Shown: positions 13,396 to 26,105, numbered from the whole stretch's first letter. The stretch: DNA of 63,491 bases, filler included, from Thraustochytrium aureum (GCA_012862495.1; 7 parts of 5 records of this genome joined end to end with filler, not necessarily neighbours in it), one strand, 5' to 3'. The notes: generated from the sequence alone by a model not told the origin. Numbers and translations: made by a program.

Positions 13396-14657
13396 GCGAG
13401 CGCGGCTTGCTGTGGACCGGGAATATCTTTGGATCCTTGCAAAAGCGCTCAACATCGTCTCGAACCGCCCGCACTAGGGTATCGTCCACGTCGGCCTCTA
13501 ACGCAGCAATTATTGCTTCGGCGAGCTCGCCGTGCGCGGCCCACGCAGACTGCCCCTCGCTCGCGCGATTTCGTTCGCACCACCTCTCCAGCAACTGGCG
13601 CAGCGTCTGCCTGTCCGTTTGCGCTGCGGCGCGCTCGCACTCGAACTTTTCGATGTAGCTCGTCGCCCGCACGCGCGACAGCATCCGATCGCACCGCTCG
13701 AGCTGCTCGAGCACCTTGACAACTTGTCGCAGATGCTCACGAAGCATGCTGGTTTCCTCCTCCTCGTTGGGCTCTGCAGACCCCGCGCTGGACAGCGTCG
13801 CCTGCGAGTCGCTTGGCTCAAAGCGAGCGACCTCGTCCCGGGTACGTCTCAGATCTTTGAGGCGCTTCATCAGGTCTGCGCGTCGCGCCGTGCAGGCGCG
13901 CCCAAAGTCCACAACTGCTTTATTCACTGGCCCTCCTGCGAGCTTGTCGTCCATCGACACACAGGCAGTCACCAGGAGCTTGATGTCCTGAAGCTCCTCG
14001 CCGCACTCGTCCACAGTCTCGCAAATGTGGTGTCGCAGGGCGTCGCGCTCGTCTTCCGCGCTCTGCAAACGGGCAAGCATTTCCTCGTCAATCCCGCCCT
14101 GCCTCGCGACTTGGCGCCACTTGTGCACGAGCTGGCTTCTCTTCAACAGCTCTGGCATTAGAGCCTTGAGCTGCACCAATGCCTCTCGGGCACGCCCAAC
14201 GTTCGCGGCTTCTTCATCCAGCCTGTTCTCCATCGCCCCAAGGACGCGACGCTCGTTCGAGCGAGCGCGCACGACCAGGCGCCCCTCTGCGCCTCAGCCA
14301 CTCGCACGAGCAGCGATGTGCAAGCAGCCCAGCAACAACGCCTTGCAGGAAGCTGCCGCCCCCGTGCTAGCCGCAAGTACCAGCGACCTCGACTTCGGTC
14401 TTCGCTGGTTGCTTGCGTTGTTGGTCTCCAGCGTTGTTGACGTCCTGAAGCGCAACGGCAACAGCGCCGCACCGCCGAGCGCCGTTCACGTCAACGAAAC
14501 CAGCCGCGATCGCCAGCAGAGCGTGTTCGTCAACGCCGAGCTTCTCGTCCTCGAGGATAGATATCCGCGTCCTCACGTCGTCGCGCCCGAGCCTCGCCAC
14601 ATTCTCGACGCCCAGCTCCACTCCATCATCATGATCATCGCCAGCCACGACGGTCAT
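13396..14657 (-). CDS. Hypothetical helical/coiled-coil protein, 3' truncated; 5' part uncertain and probably frameshifted
   Basis: ORF 13340-14272 reads as a charged helical protein (MENRLDEEAANVGRAREALVQLK...). Upstream ORF 14367-14657 may belong to it. No family recognised. Confidence 0.5.
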
Positions 14658-15028
14658 GTGGCAAGTTACCGTTGAGAATGGACGGAGGGCGGCCGTCCCG
14701 ACGTGACCAGAACGCCATCGATCGATCGTCGGCCGTGGCGGCCTGCGGGCTCTGGCCGAATCTGTGCTCGGTCGCGCTCGGGCTGGCTGAGGCTTTCTGG
14801 CCGGCCGCAGCCGAAAGGGGCTGAGTTTTCTGCACCGTCGCGGTCGGCTTCAACCGACGACTTCGGGCGTAGCAGGACACGGGCTTCGTGCTCGACAGAG
14901 CTCAGGCTGGCTGAGGGCTCGCGCTAGGCTGCGTCGGGCCAGGCCCGAGGGCTCGCGCGATTCGCTCTGCCGTGCTGGTTTGGGCGGTTGGATCTCAGCA
15001 GAGCGTGCGCTCCGGTCCTGGGATCGAC

Positions 15029-18000
15029 ATGGCCAAGCGTCGGGACGGGTCCACGGCGAAGACGAAGGGGAATGGGGAGGCGGCTGCGCTCGAAGGCCAG
15101 CGGATCGCGCGGGACTTGATTGCGCAAGTTCGGGCCGATACGACGAGGCCCGTGTCGAAACGCGTCGCCGAGGCAGTTAGGAATGCGGTGGACAAAGCGG
15201 CGGCTGCGAGCGCGCATGGCTCGCTCGTCACGCCAAGTGCTATGGTGGCCCCGATCCTGCACGAGATCGGATTGGAGGGGCTAGACTCTAGGCAGAACTT
15301 GGCCGTTGCTGCCGTGTTCCAGCGAGCCGCGCTCCTGGACGACCTCGACGCGCAGGCAAACCCCAATCTGCCTCAGAGCTCCGGGCCCAGCGCCAAAGCG
15401 CCGCGATGGACGGTGGACCTTGTTGCCAACATACTCGCGTCGTTCGCGGTCAACGCGTTCGAGCTGGAGGGGGTTGCAGAGCAGCTGCGGCTCAAGACCG
15501 CTAGCTTGATTGCGATGGACAAGTCCGCATCCGCGACTTTTGCGCGGTTTGCGCGCGGCAAGAAACACCGGATTGGGCCGACCGAGTTTGCCAGGATGGT
15601 GCGCCAGCTCCTGCGGCGGTCTCTGCCAAACCTCTCTCAAGTGGAAATGGAGTCGGGTCTGTTTCGGTTCATGGACCCGCACGGCATCGGCAACGTCGAC
15701 CTCAAGCAGTTCACCGCGTTCGCAAAAGCGCCGGCTGTCCCCCGAACATTCAGCCACAGTACCTGGCTCTCTCGCCACTGCCTGCAAAAGGACCCACGCA
15801 TCGTCGTCGACGCAATTCATCTCGCTGCGGCTCCCTCGCGGGTCGAGCGTGTCGAGCTTGCCGAGCAAGGCTTTGAAGCAGCGCTTGGAGAACAAGTCGG
15901 GATTTGGATCAAGCGCGCCGGTTTGCAAGACGAAGCCGATGCCAAAGCGTTCCAGCGAGCGCGCGTCACAGACATGGTCTGTCAGTGGGGCTCGCTTGGC
16001 AACAGGGCCAAGCAGGACGCCATGCGCCGCCTTGGCTTCACCCTAGTCCAGCCGCGACGGGCCACTGTCATGCATATAGTTGACCCGCGGAAGAGATACC
16101 CCAAGCTTTCGCTGTGGGTGAGGCGCAATGCTGAGGACCCAGCGCCGCTTTTTGGCGTCTACGTCGGCCCGCCCATGGAAGGGCCGCCGTGCAACGACTT
16201 TTTCCTGCGTCGTGATGCCAACGCAACCGCGAGCGGCGCCGTCAGTGCTTCAACGCCTCGCGCGCTCTTTGTGCAAAAGCTGCTCTGCGGCCAAGACACC
16301 GGCCTTGAAGCTCTTGCGGCCGAGTTCGACGTGCTTGCAGGGAAACTCGACCAGTCGCAGCGCAGCAGGCTTGCAGATGAGCACAAGAGACAACAAGACG
16401 GCCGACTAGCTCAAGCAAAGGCCGCCGCCCGCCGCGAACTCGCGGGCCAACTGGTCGACCATGTACTTGGGCCACATTGCTTGCGGAGCGACGTCCTCGT
16501 CGACACCGACAGCCTCGTGCGCGCGATGGACCTCGCCAATGCCGGCTGGGTTAGCCCCGAAACGCTTCGCACGTTCATCGACCAAGCAGGCCTCGCGCCG
16601 CACGACGAGGAGCTCAAAAGGCTCTTGTTGCGGCGCTTGGCCCCGCGCGGTCGTACACGGATCCCCACAAGCGAGCTCGTCGCGCTAGCGGGTTTCAATC
16701 CGTCCCGGGCGCATGCGGTTCTGCTGGCTGTCGCGCGATCAAACGCCCCTCTCACTGCGGCAGCCTGCGACAGAGCCCTCGTCAACCCAGCAGCAGCGAC
16801 GCGGCTCGCCACGCTCCGCCGGGTCCTCGAGCTTGGCGCAGCCGGAACTGCATTCGAGTTTGCTCCATGGGACCTGGACAACTGCGCGCAGGCATTTTTG
16901 GAGCATGGCAAAGGACCTCTTGGCTCTGGCCAGGGCGAAGTCGACATTGCGCTGCTCAAGCAGGTCGTGTTGTCCCTGCGCGACAGCGTAGAGAAGCAGG
17001 AGCAGGCACCCGGCGTGGTCTCTGGCAACTCGCCCGGTGTCCAGATCCCGGAAGAAGGCACCGTCGCGCCCGAGGCCCAGATCTCTGAGCTCGTTGTCAG
17101 CGCGTTTTCTGCTCCCGAGCGCTTGGACGAGGCTTTCCAAGGCATGTTTGGCAGAAAGGGGCCAAAGGCAAGAATTTCGCAAGCACGATTCAAGAGCACA
17201 ATCCGCAAACGCACCGGTCCCGCTTCTGAGCCAAGCTTAGCCGCATTTCTTCGAGCGCACAGGCTGGACCGTCTCGCCTTTACTCCGCCGCCGACCTGCA
17301 TCAAGTCGCTCTTGACATAATCCGCGCGCAAGAGGGTGTCGACCTCCGTGCCGAGCCATCTTCCACGCCTTCTAGCGACCGCCATGGCAGTGGGGACTCT
17401 GATGACGAGGATTCGATCGCCTCTTCCGGCTCCTCTGCCGCATCGAGCCAAGGCGAGCTCTTTCGCGCGCGAGCAATCGCGAGCCCAAGCCCCGCAAGAG
17501 AAGCCAAGTTCGACCCACGCGCCGAGCGCGACCGCTCCGTGGGAACGCAAGTCGACTGGCAGGAGATTCGAAAAGCATTCAACAGCCGCGGCGCTCCAGT
17601 GCGAGCCTACCTGCAGTCCCATGGCGGCGCCGTCGTGAGGGAACGGGACTTTGTTGCAGAGGTCTCAAAGGCTAGCGTACACCTGCCGCGCCGGCTTCTG
17701 GAAATCTTGCTTGAGCAAGCGCGTGTCAGCTCGAGCACCGATTGGTCTCGACTGGATCGGAGCAGGCTGCTGAGAGCGATCTGGCCGCAAGCTGATCTCG
17801 CGGTGCGTGAAAACGTGTTGGTTGACCAGACTGTGCAGAGCGCGCGAGACGCCCTGCGCGTCGCGCTCGACCGCGGCGTCGACCCAGAGCGCATCAAGAG
17901 CGATATTTTCCTGTACGGCGTGAGCGACCCAACTGCGCAGTCTCCCGTGCAGCGAGGTGCAGATGCAGAGCTGATCGCGGCAAAGCAAGCGTTTGGGCCG

Positions 18001-19732
18001 CTACAGCTCGGCCGCCTCTTACGACGGCTTGTTTCCAAAGCTCAGTGGATTCGACTTGAGGATCCTGGCGCTCTCAACGACATTGCGTCTCGCGTGTTTG
18101 CGTTGGCAGGCTGTGATCCGTCGGAGACCAGCCTCTTGGAAGCGACAGCTCAGGTGCTCTTGGAAAGTAGCCACGCGCAACATGGAGGCCGCGCCGACAG
18201 CCTGGAGCAAGCGAAGGCAGCACTTGCGCGTGATGCAGAGAGCCAGCGCAGCGACCCCAAGTTGGAGCGCGCGAGCAGCATTTGAGGGACGCGACAAAGC
18301 CGGGCTCGGCACTCTCTCGCGCGTCGACTTTGGAGAAGCCTTGAAAAGCGCGTGCCCTGGGCTCGCCTCGCGCCATGCCGAGCCTCTGGCCGACGCGCTG
18401 GCTGACAGCGACAACCGCGTAAAGTACGACACGGCTTGGTTCCTCGCCTTGCTCGACCCCAACCCTCCGGCAGAAATTGCGAGCCTGTACGCAACGCTCG
18501 CCGCGATTCGGGGCTTCGTGCAGCGCCAAGCAGGCCGCCGAGGGTGCGCTAGCTCCTCGCGCAACCACTGGCAGCTGTTTAGGGACCAGGACGTCGATTG
18601 CCGCGGCTCGTTGTCCAAGCTGGCCTTCCGTCGAGTTTTGTGCGACGAGCTTGGGCTGGGCAGCATCCTCTCCGAGCAGGACCTGGAGCTTGTCATGCGT
18701 TGGTGTGGCACCAGCGGCGGCCTCGTTGAGCGGGCCGACTTGGGCGTCGACTACGGTCGCTTTTGTAGATGCGTGGCTCCCACGGATGCCCACGTGGCCG
18801 ACCTGGCTGCTCGCGCCGCAAGCGCTCTGGACCTGGCGTCTGCCGTTGGAGGCGGTCAGCTAGAGCTCAAAGCGGCGTTTGTGCCATATGATGCCCAAGG
18901 AACAGGGTTCGTGACGAGGTCGCACTTTGGCATGGCGCTCGAGCAGCTCGGCCTCGCGCCACGAATACTGGCCCCGGCAGACGTCCAGGCGCTCGCAGAG
19001 CGCTTTGATCTAGACGGGACAGACCGCGTTGATTACGTTGGCTTTGCGGTTGTCGTCTTGAACCGCAACGCGAGCCCCAGCGACGAGCTCGTTTTGCACC
19101 TTCGCCAAGTGGCCGAGCGCGCGCGCGCTGCGCTCCTGCGCTCGACGCGTCCTCCGGAACGCGAGTTTGAAAAGTACGACTTTCGTCGGGTTGGAACGGT
19201 CGGGCCGAGCGACTTTGCGCGTGCCTGCTACGACCTGTACATCCCTTGCTCTGCCGAAGACCTGCTCCGCGTTGCTGAGTTCTTGGGCGCCGTCGGCCCG
19301 GAAGGCGCAGTGGACTACGCTGGCTTTGTGGCGTCGCTAGTGCGCGCGGTGGGGCCGGGCGGCATCCTGAACCGGCAGGCGTTGCCGCCAGGTGCTGTTC
19401 CGCAGCGCGGCTCTGACCCTGTCTGGAACACCAAGTCGCTGCAACACTGGCTCGTGCAACCAAGCGTTGCGGTGGCGCGCAAAGAGCAGTTCCTAGACGT
19501 ATTGCGAAGCATGGAGCGTGCGCGCCCTCTGCTTGCAGCGCACGCAACCGAACGCGCCAGGGCTGGGCTGCCTCGCAATCTCGGTCTCCAGGCACGTCCG
19601 GCCGAGGCGGAGCGCGAGTATCATAGCTTTGGGGCCTGGACTTGCCCGGTGTGCTCGTATTCCAACCACCGCGTCCGTTTCCTCGAGCACTGTCGCATGT
19701 GCGACGCAGACAACCCGTTCGTCGGCTCTTGA
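15029..19732 (+). CDS. Large multi-EF-hand protein (~1570 aa) with a C-terminal RanBP2-type zinc finger; apparent frameshifts at ~17280 and ~18256
   Basis: EF-hand loops MDPHGIGNVDLKQF, MDLANAGWVSPETL, RDKAGLGTLSRVDF, QDVDCRGSLSKLAF, YDAQGTGFVTRSHF, FDLDGTDRVDYVGF, YDFRRVGTVGPSDF. It ends WTCPVCSYSN...CRMCDADNP. Three consecutive ORFs join with single-base corrections. Confidence 0.85.
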
Positions 19733-19924
19733 AAGCAAAGAAGAGTACCTACCCAATCCGGCGGGCGAGCTCCGACGCTCGCGTCGGCGTCTCTCGAATC
19801 TATTCCATCCATAGGCTCGGGTTACCAGTAAGTACATGCATACCCAGCGGCCGTGTCAGCTCCGCGACATCCGCCGCGTTGCCGACCTGGGGCCCAAAAA
19901 GCAAAAAGAACGCACGAGCGCCTC

Positions 19925-20011
19925 CATCCTGGCATCCACCCTGGCATCCACCCTGGCATCCATCCTGGCGTCCTGGCTGGCGTCCTGGCTGGCGTCCTGC
20001 CTGGCATCCAC
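19925..20011. repeat. 12-bp minisatellite (CTGGCATCCACC / CTGGCGTCCTGG variants, ~7 units)
   Basis: Tandem units read directly between the EF-hand gene and PSMB3. Confidence 0.85.
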
Positions 20012-20298
20012 GCACGACGGAGGCGCCCACCGCCGCGCAGGAATGTGGTCGAGGAGGTCGTTGCGGGTCTGCTGCTCGTGGTTCTTTCGCGTTCTGTTGT
20101 TCTGGATATGGATATAGAGGGTCGGCTGTGGTTGTTAGAGGGTCCAGCGAGGAAGGAACATGTGCGAAGGCGAGGAAGCAGGCAACGGCAGAGGCCCAAC
20201 GCGAGGAGGCAGTGCGAGACAGGCAGGCAGGCAGGCAGGCAGGCAGGAGGGCAGGACGGCAGGCAGGACGGTGGGTTGGAGGCGCGTGAGTGGCAGCC

Positions 20299-20917
20299 AT
20301 GTCTATTTTGGAGTACAATGGGTCGGCGCTCGTGGCGATGGCGGGCAAGAACTGCGTGGCGATCGCGAGCGACAAGCGGTTTGGGCAGCAGCAGCTGACG
20401 GTGAGCACAAACATGGAGCGCGTGTTTCAAGATGAATGACAGGACGCTGCTCGGGCTCTCGGGGCTGGGCTCGGATGTGATGACCGTGCAGCAAAAGCTG
20501 GAGCTGCAGTCGAGCATGTACAAACTGCAGGAGCACCGCGACATGAAGCCATCTGTCTTCAACAACATGCTCTCGTCGTTCTTGTACGCGCGGCGCTTTG
20601 GGCCCTACTTTGTGGAGCCGCTCGTGGCCGGCCTGGAGGGGCCTGACTTTAAGCCGTTTCTGTCGGGCCAGGACCTGCTGGGCGCCTCTGTCTTCACGAA
20701 CGACTTTGTCGTGTGCGGGACGTCGGAGCAGGAGCTCTACGGTACCTGCGAGTCGTTCTACAAGCCGGACCTTGGGCCGGACGAGCTTTTCGAGACAATC
20801 TCGCAGTGCCTGCTGGCCGCCGTCGACCGCGACTGCCTGGCTGGCTGGGGCGGCGTCGTCCATATCCTGACGCCCACAAAGTACATTGTCAAGCACCTCA
20901 AGGGCCGCAACGACTGA
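20299..20917 (+). CDS. PSMB3: Proteasome subunit beta type-3; one extra T at 20425-20427
   Basis: MSILEYNGSALVAMAGKNCVAIASDKRFG...MERVF|KMNDRTLLGLSGLGSDV...RRFGPYFVEPLVAGL...DFVVCGT...YGTCES...LFETISQCLLAAVDRDCLAGWG. Confidence 0.97.
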
Positions 20918-21587
20918 TCCACGCCCCAAAACCAACTTAACCTTCCTCCTTCCCGGGCAAGCGCACGAGCGCGCAGCCCCCTTGCCCCAGACCAGCACAG
21001 TCAGACCCGGCCTCGACACCGCGCACCCTCCCACCCAACTTGCTCCTGCTNNNNNNNNNNNNNNNNNNNNNNNNNNNNNNNNNNNNNNNNNNNNNNNNNN
21101 NNNNNNNNNNNNNNNNNNNNNNNNNNNNNNNNNNNNNNNNNNNNNNNNNNNNNNNNNNNNNNNNNNNNNNNNNNNNNNNNNNNNNNNNNNNNNNNNNNNN
21201 NNNNNNNNNNNNNNNNNNNNNNNNNNNNNNNNNNNNNNNNNNNNNNNNNNNNNNNNNNNNNNNNNNNNNNNNNNNNNNNNNNNNNNNNNNNNNNNNNNNN
21301 NNNNNNNNNNNNNNNNNNNNNNNNNNNNNNNNNNNNNNNNNNNNNNNNNNNNNCTTGTCCCACATCATTGATGGCAGGAGAAAGGTCGGCCCGACAACCA
21401 CCTTCAGACGCCCAACCAAGGCAAACCCAAACAAACCATCGCGCGGCCAGCGAGCCCCTGGCGGCGCATAGGCAGTGCGGACGCGGATAGTTTTCGCTTA
21501 GGGCGTTTGCGGCGCGGGCTTTTGACGCAGCTGGCTGGTGGGTTGGCGGCTTTTTGACGTGCACTGTGGGCGTTTTCGTTGGCGGCG

Positions 21588-22858
21588 ATGGCGGCGATGG
21601 CGGCGAGACGCACGCCCAACGACGTGGTCGTCGTGGGCCTTACGGGTGAGTCGGCGGCGACGGAGAGGGCGGCGGACGGGAACGGCGCTGGGTGGGTGCG
21701 CGCGCGCTGACGGATGTCAAGATGGACGTAGGCGGGATTTGCGCGGGCAAGACCACCGCGACCAAGATGTTTGAGGAGGTCGCTGGGGCTGTGGTGCTGA
21801 ATGCGGACCTGTTTGGGCACGAGGCGTACTTGCCCGGGACGAGATGCCTGGCGGAGATGGTGGCCCACTTTGGAGAGCGCATCATAAATAGCGCGGATGG
21901 CACGGTGGACCGAAAGACGCTGGGGGGCATCGTTTTCGGCGACCCGAACGAGATGAAGGCGCTTAATGCGATCGTGTGGCCTGCCATCCGCGCCCTCTTG
22001 CTTAAAAAGGTATTTGAGGTTGCCGAGGCCATGCCGGCCAACCCGAGCGGGTTTCCGAAACTGATCGTGATCGAAGCCGCCGTCATGATCGAGGCCAACT
22101 GGACCGACCTTGCGGACGAAATCTGGGTGCTGACGGCGCCCCGCGAGCTAGCCAAGGCCCGGCTGATGGAGCGCAACAAGCTGAGTGAGGCCGACGCGGT
22201 GGCGCGGATCGACTCGCAGATTTCGAACGAAGAGCGGCAGGCCGCAGCCCACGTGGTGATCTCGAACGACGACGGCCAGGACGTCTTGGTGGCGCGCCTG
22301 AGCGAGGCTCTGGGCCGGCTCAAGGAAAGATACAGCAAGCTGTCCGCGTTTGAGTTTGTCGACGTGGTCAGCAAGGAAGACCAGGTCTTGGGACACGCCA
22401 AGCGCGCCGTTGTGCGCGCCTTCGACCTCATTTACCGATGCACGTACGTTGTCCTTGTGCACGGCGCCTCGGGCCGAGTGTACGTGCAGCGGCGGTCCAT
22501 GCTCAAGGACTCTGGGCCCGGGCTTTTGGATCCTGCCCCGGGCGGTGTCGTTGGCGCAGGCGAGTCTTACGAAGCCAACGCGCGCCGTGAGATGGCCGAA
22601 GAAATGGGCATAGCCAACATCGCACTGTCGCATGTGTGCGCGATGTACCACGAGCACGCGACGGATGGACGCTCGTGGGGTACTGTTTTCTGCGCCACAG
22701 TCGATCACCCCGTGGCCGAGCTCGTTCTGCAAGAGTCTGAGGTCGAAAGTGTCCAGCTCATGACTCTGGCCGAGGTATTGGCTGCTCCCGAGGGTTTGTT
22801 CCTTCCTTGCGGCCTGGCTGCGTTCAAGAAGTACGTTGCCTCGACAGGGTCGGCCTGA
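21588..22858 (+). CDS. Dephospho-CoA kinase (CoaE/DPCK) fused to a YfcD-like Nudix hydrolase; exons 21588-21645 and 21732-22858
   Basis: Splicing rebuilds the P-loop VVGLTG|GICAGKTT. Other CoaE motifs are NADLFGH, DRKTLGGIVF, LNAIVWPAI, EAAVMIE and RIDSQ. The C-terminal Nudix box is GGVVGAGESYEANARREMAEEMGI. Confidence 0.93.
21646..21731 (+). other. Spliceosomal intron (86 nt) in the DPCK-Nudix gene
   Basis: GTGAGT donor, CTGAC branch point at 21707-21711, TAG acceptor. Removal restores GLTGGICAGKT. Confidence 0.92.
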
Positions 22859-23263
22859 TTTCGCGACAGTCTGTCTGTCTGTCTCGTACGCACAGCGAGC
22901 GAGCGAGCGAGAGAGAGAGAGAGAGAGGACGGCTGCCACTGGGCGGGCGAGCGAGCGAAAAGCTCGTGCGTGCCGTGCCGCCTTCGCCCGCCAGCCTGCT
23001 CGCCGACGAGTAAATGCATCATAAAATCTGGCGCTTAGTGTTCGGCACGCTGCAACAAACAGCGCGTGGTATTTAAAAAAAAGGAAGGGAAGGGTAAGGG
23101 AGTCGGGCCAAGCCGAGCCCAACGGGCGGCTGGCTCGAGTCCTGAACCACCATAATCTCTGAAATCTCTCTCTAGAGAGAAGTCTTTGTGGAACTGCCGC
23201 GGTTTGCGAGCGCCGCCCGCCCTGGGAGGCGCACCACGAATCGTTCTCGATCGGCCACGCTCG

Positions 23264-26105
23264 TCAGGCGCTACGCGTGGCATTGCTTGCGTTGGACGAC
23301 GGCCCACCGGCGCCCGAGCCGGGGCGGGGCCCCCCTTGCTGTGGCGCAGCAGTTCCTGTCTGAGACGCCGAAGGACCTCCAACGTTCCTCCGAGCTGTCT
23401 TGAGCTGGGTCGTCACTGCTCGGCGCAGGCATGCGAAGGNNNNNNNNNNNNNNNNNNNNNNNNNNNNNNNNNNNNNNNNNNNNNNNNNNNNNNNNNNNNN
23501 NNNNNNNNNNNNNNNNNNNNNNNNNNNNNNNNNNNNNNNNNNNNNNNNNNNNNNNNNNNNNNNNNNNNNNNNNNNNNNNNNNNNNNNNNNNNNNNNNNNN
23601 NNNNNNNNNNNNNNNNNNNNNNNNNNNNNNNNNNNNNNNNNNNNNNNNNNNNNNNNNNNNNNNNNNNNNNNNNNNNNNNNNNNNNNNNNNNNNNNNNNNN
23701 NNNNNNNNNNNNNNNNNNNNNNNNNNNNNNNNNNNNNNNNNNNNNNNNNNNNNNNNNNNNNNNNNNNNNNNNNNNNNNNNNNNNNNNNNNNNNNNNNNNN
23801 NNNNNNNNNNNNNNNNNNNNNNNNNNNNNNNNNNNNNNNNNNNNNNNNNNNNNNNNNNNNNNNNNNNNNNNNNNNNNNNNNNNNNNNNNNNNNNNNNNNN
23901 NNNNNNNNNNNNNNNNNNNNNNNNNNNNNNNNNNNNNNNNNNNNNNNNNNNNNNNNNNNNNNNNNNNNNNNNNNNNNNNNNNNNNNNNNNNNNNNNNNNN
24001 NNNNNNNNNNNNNNNCCGGAGTCGCGTCCGGCACTGGTAGCACACGTATCGAGACGCGAGCTAAGGCCCCGTCGGTGTCCACAAACGCGTGCGAGTCAAC
24101 GAGCGCGTGGACTTTGGTCAGCGAGTCGCGTACGTAGAGGTTCAATAGTTTGCGCGAAAACGAACGCCCTTGCGAGTCGAGAAAGCCGGCGCCTGCGAGG
24201 TCGCGAAACCAGGCGGCCCCGTCTTGCTCTGGGAAGAGCGCCCCGAGGCCGTCGGGGAACGGGCGCTGCTCGAGCAACGAGGTCTCGCCGAATAAACTCG
24301 TCCAACGATCGTTCGCGCGGAGAGAGACTCGGCCATCCACGATGCGCACCTCAAGGAAGGCGGCGTCGGGTGTGTCCCAATGACGGCTCATTCCTGGGTG
24401 CACCCTGTCGAGATCGAGGCTCGCTGCGCTCGGCGAGGGGAGCTGGTCGGCCACGTTTGCGCCGAGCGCGTCGCGCATGTACTCTACTGCGCGGGTCATG
24501 CGCAGATTGCCCTGCAAGCGCGCCACGCGCGCACAGAGGCGCAAAAAAGGGAGCCGCCGCCTCCCTGTGCAGCTTGCCGGACCGCGAGAGGCGATCGAAC
24601 TCGTCCACGATGACCTTGTCTGCTACGCACTGCGAGCGCGGCTCCCAGTCCAGCCCGAGCCACCTGGAACCCGTGGGCGTCTGCTGGTGACTGCGCCCGA
24701 GGTGTGATGGGGAGGGCGAGAGCTGGCCGGAGCTCTTGTCCGAGCCCGCGACAGGGGACGAGCCGTCGATTTTGCCGAAATTTGCCAAAGAGCTAGCAAC
24801 GTTGCGCTCGAGCGTCCGGCTGTTGGGGCGGCCAAAGCCGCTATGGCCCCGAACACCACCGTGGCCCGAGGTGTGTGAGTGGCTCGTAGAGCCTGGCGTC
24901 ACGCCCAGGTGTCGGTGCAGGAGCTGGTGCGAGTCATCCGAGACATCAAGGCCCGAGTGGAGGGCCGCATGTGAGCCGCTCACTGGGCTCGACCCAGAGG
25001 GCGAGCTCCCAGGAGGGACCTGCGAGCCGGGGATCGAGCTGAAGAACCTGCTGCCGAAAGGAGTTGTCGCCCTGGTGTTTCCCGTGCTAGACCCCGTCCC
25101 AGACCCGCTGGCGTTGATTAAGTGCATGTTGCCGGAGAACAGGTTTGAGAACGAGAGGTGGTCTAGCCCCATCGGGGAGCCGGGGAGCGACGGTGCTGCG
25201 CCGGTCGGGGTCGTTGCGGGACCCAGCATGAACGGCAGGTTGGTAAGCCCGCCCGACGGGCTGCCTGCGCCTAGAAAACGAGCGAACGGCCCCTCNGTTT
25301 TGACGGTCATGCCGGATCCACTTGGGCCGCTGTCGCCGCCCACGGCGTCGTCGATGCGCGGTGAGAGGAGCGAGCCACCGAGCCGCGACTGCAGCGATGA
25401 CAGGTAGGAAAACTCGTCGCTGGTAGGCCCCATGAACGAGCTCGAGTGGTGCTGCGATAGCGACGGCGTCGTGCTGCCGATGCCCTGGGTCCTCGTGGTC
25501 ACGCTGTCGTCCGACGAGCCCGAGGACGACCTCGACAAGGCTGGCCGCTGCCGCGGGATGACCACAAGCGGCGGATGGTGCATGCGCTGATCGCCGTCGT
25601 CGTCGTCGTGCGGAGAGCCCGAGGCGTTGCCCGGCCCCGAGAATGACCCTTTGCGCTTGCTCCTACTCGCGCCGTACGTAGGCGGACGGCCGCGGCCTCG
25701 GAGCTGGGCACGGCACTCGATGTTGAGACGCGAGCACCGTCTGCAGGGCAGTATTTTCTCGCACTTCACACGAGACTTGCGGCAGGCTTGGCAGGCACTC
25801 TTGACAACGAGCCGGCCGTCTAATGTGATGTTTTCCACTTGGTCGTTGGGGATGTCTGACATTTGCTGCAGCTGAGCGAGCAACGCTTGCTCGGTCTCTT
25901 GCTGCCTGAGCCGCGCCATCCGCTGCGCTTCGTCATTCACATGCGATTGGCCCAGCGGTTGGTGCAAATGGTGTTGGTGTTGCTGCTCTTGCTGCTGCTG
26001 CTGCTGCTGCTGCTGGCGAAGGTGAACTTGTTGCCTGTGGTCCTGGCCGCCGCTTTGCTGGCTCGAGTCGCCGCTGTCGGGGACACCCCTTGCGCGCGGA
26101 TCCAT
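23264..26105 (-). CDS. Zn(II)2Cys6 binuclear-cluster transcription factor with polyQ and a possible C-terminal PAS-like domain; apparent frameshift at 24543-24548; N gap 23440-24015
   Basis: CQACRKSRVKCEKILPCRRCSRLNIEC at 25713-25793, followed by RGRGRP. Removing one base of the A6 run joins ORF 24351-26105 to ORF 23264-24544. That the piece beyond the gap belongs to this gene is inferred. Confidence 0.85.

Noticed and set aside
20299..20917. PSMB3 and the other frameshifted genes as pseudogenes
   Set aside because: Sequences are conserved on both sides of each shift, with no in-frame stops or decay.
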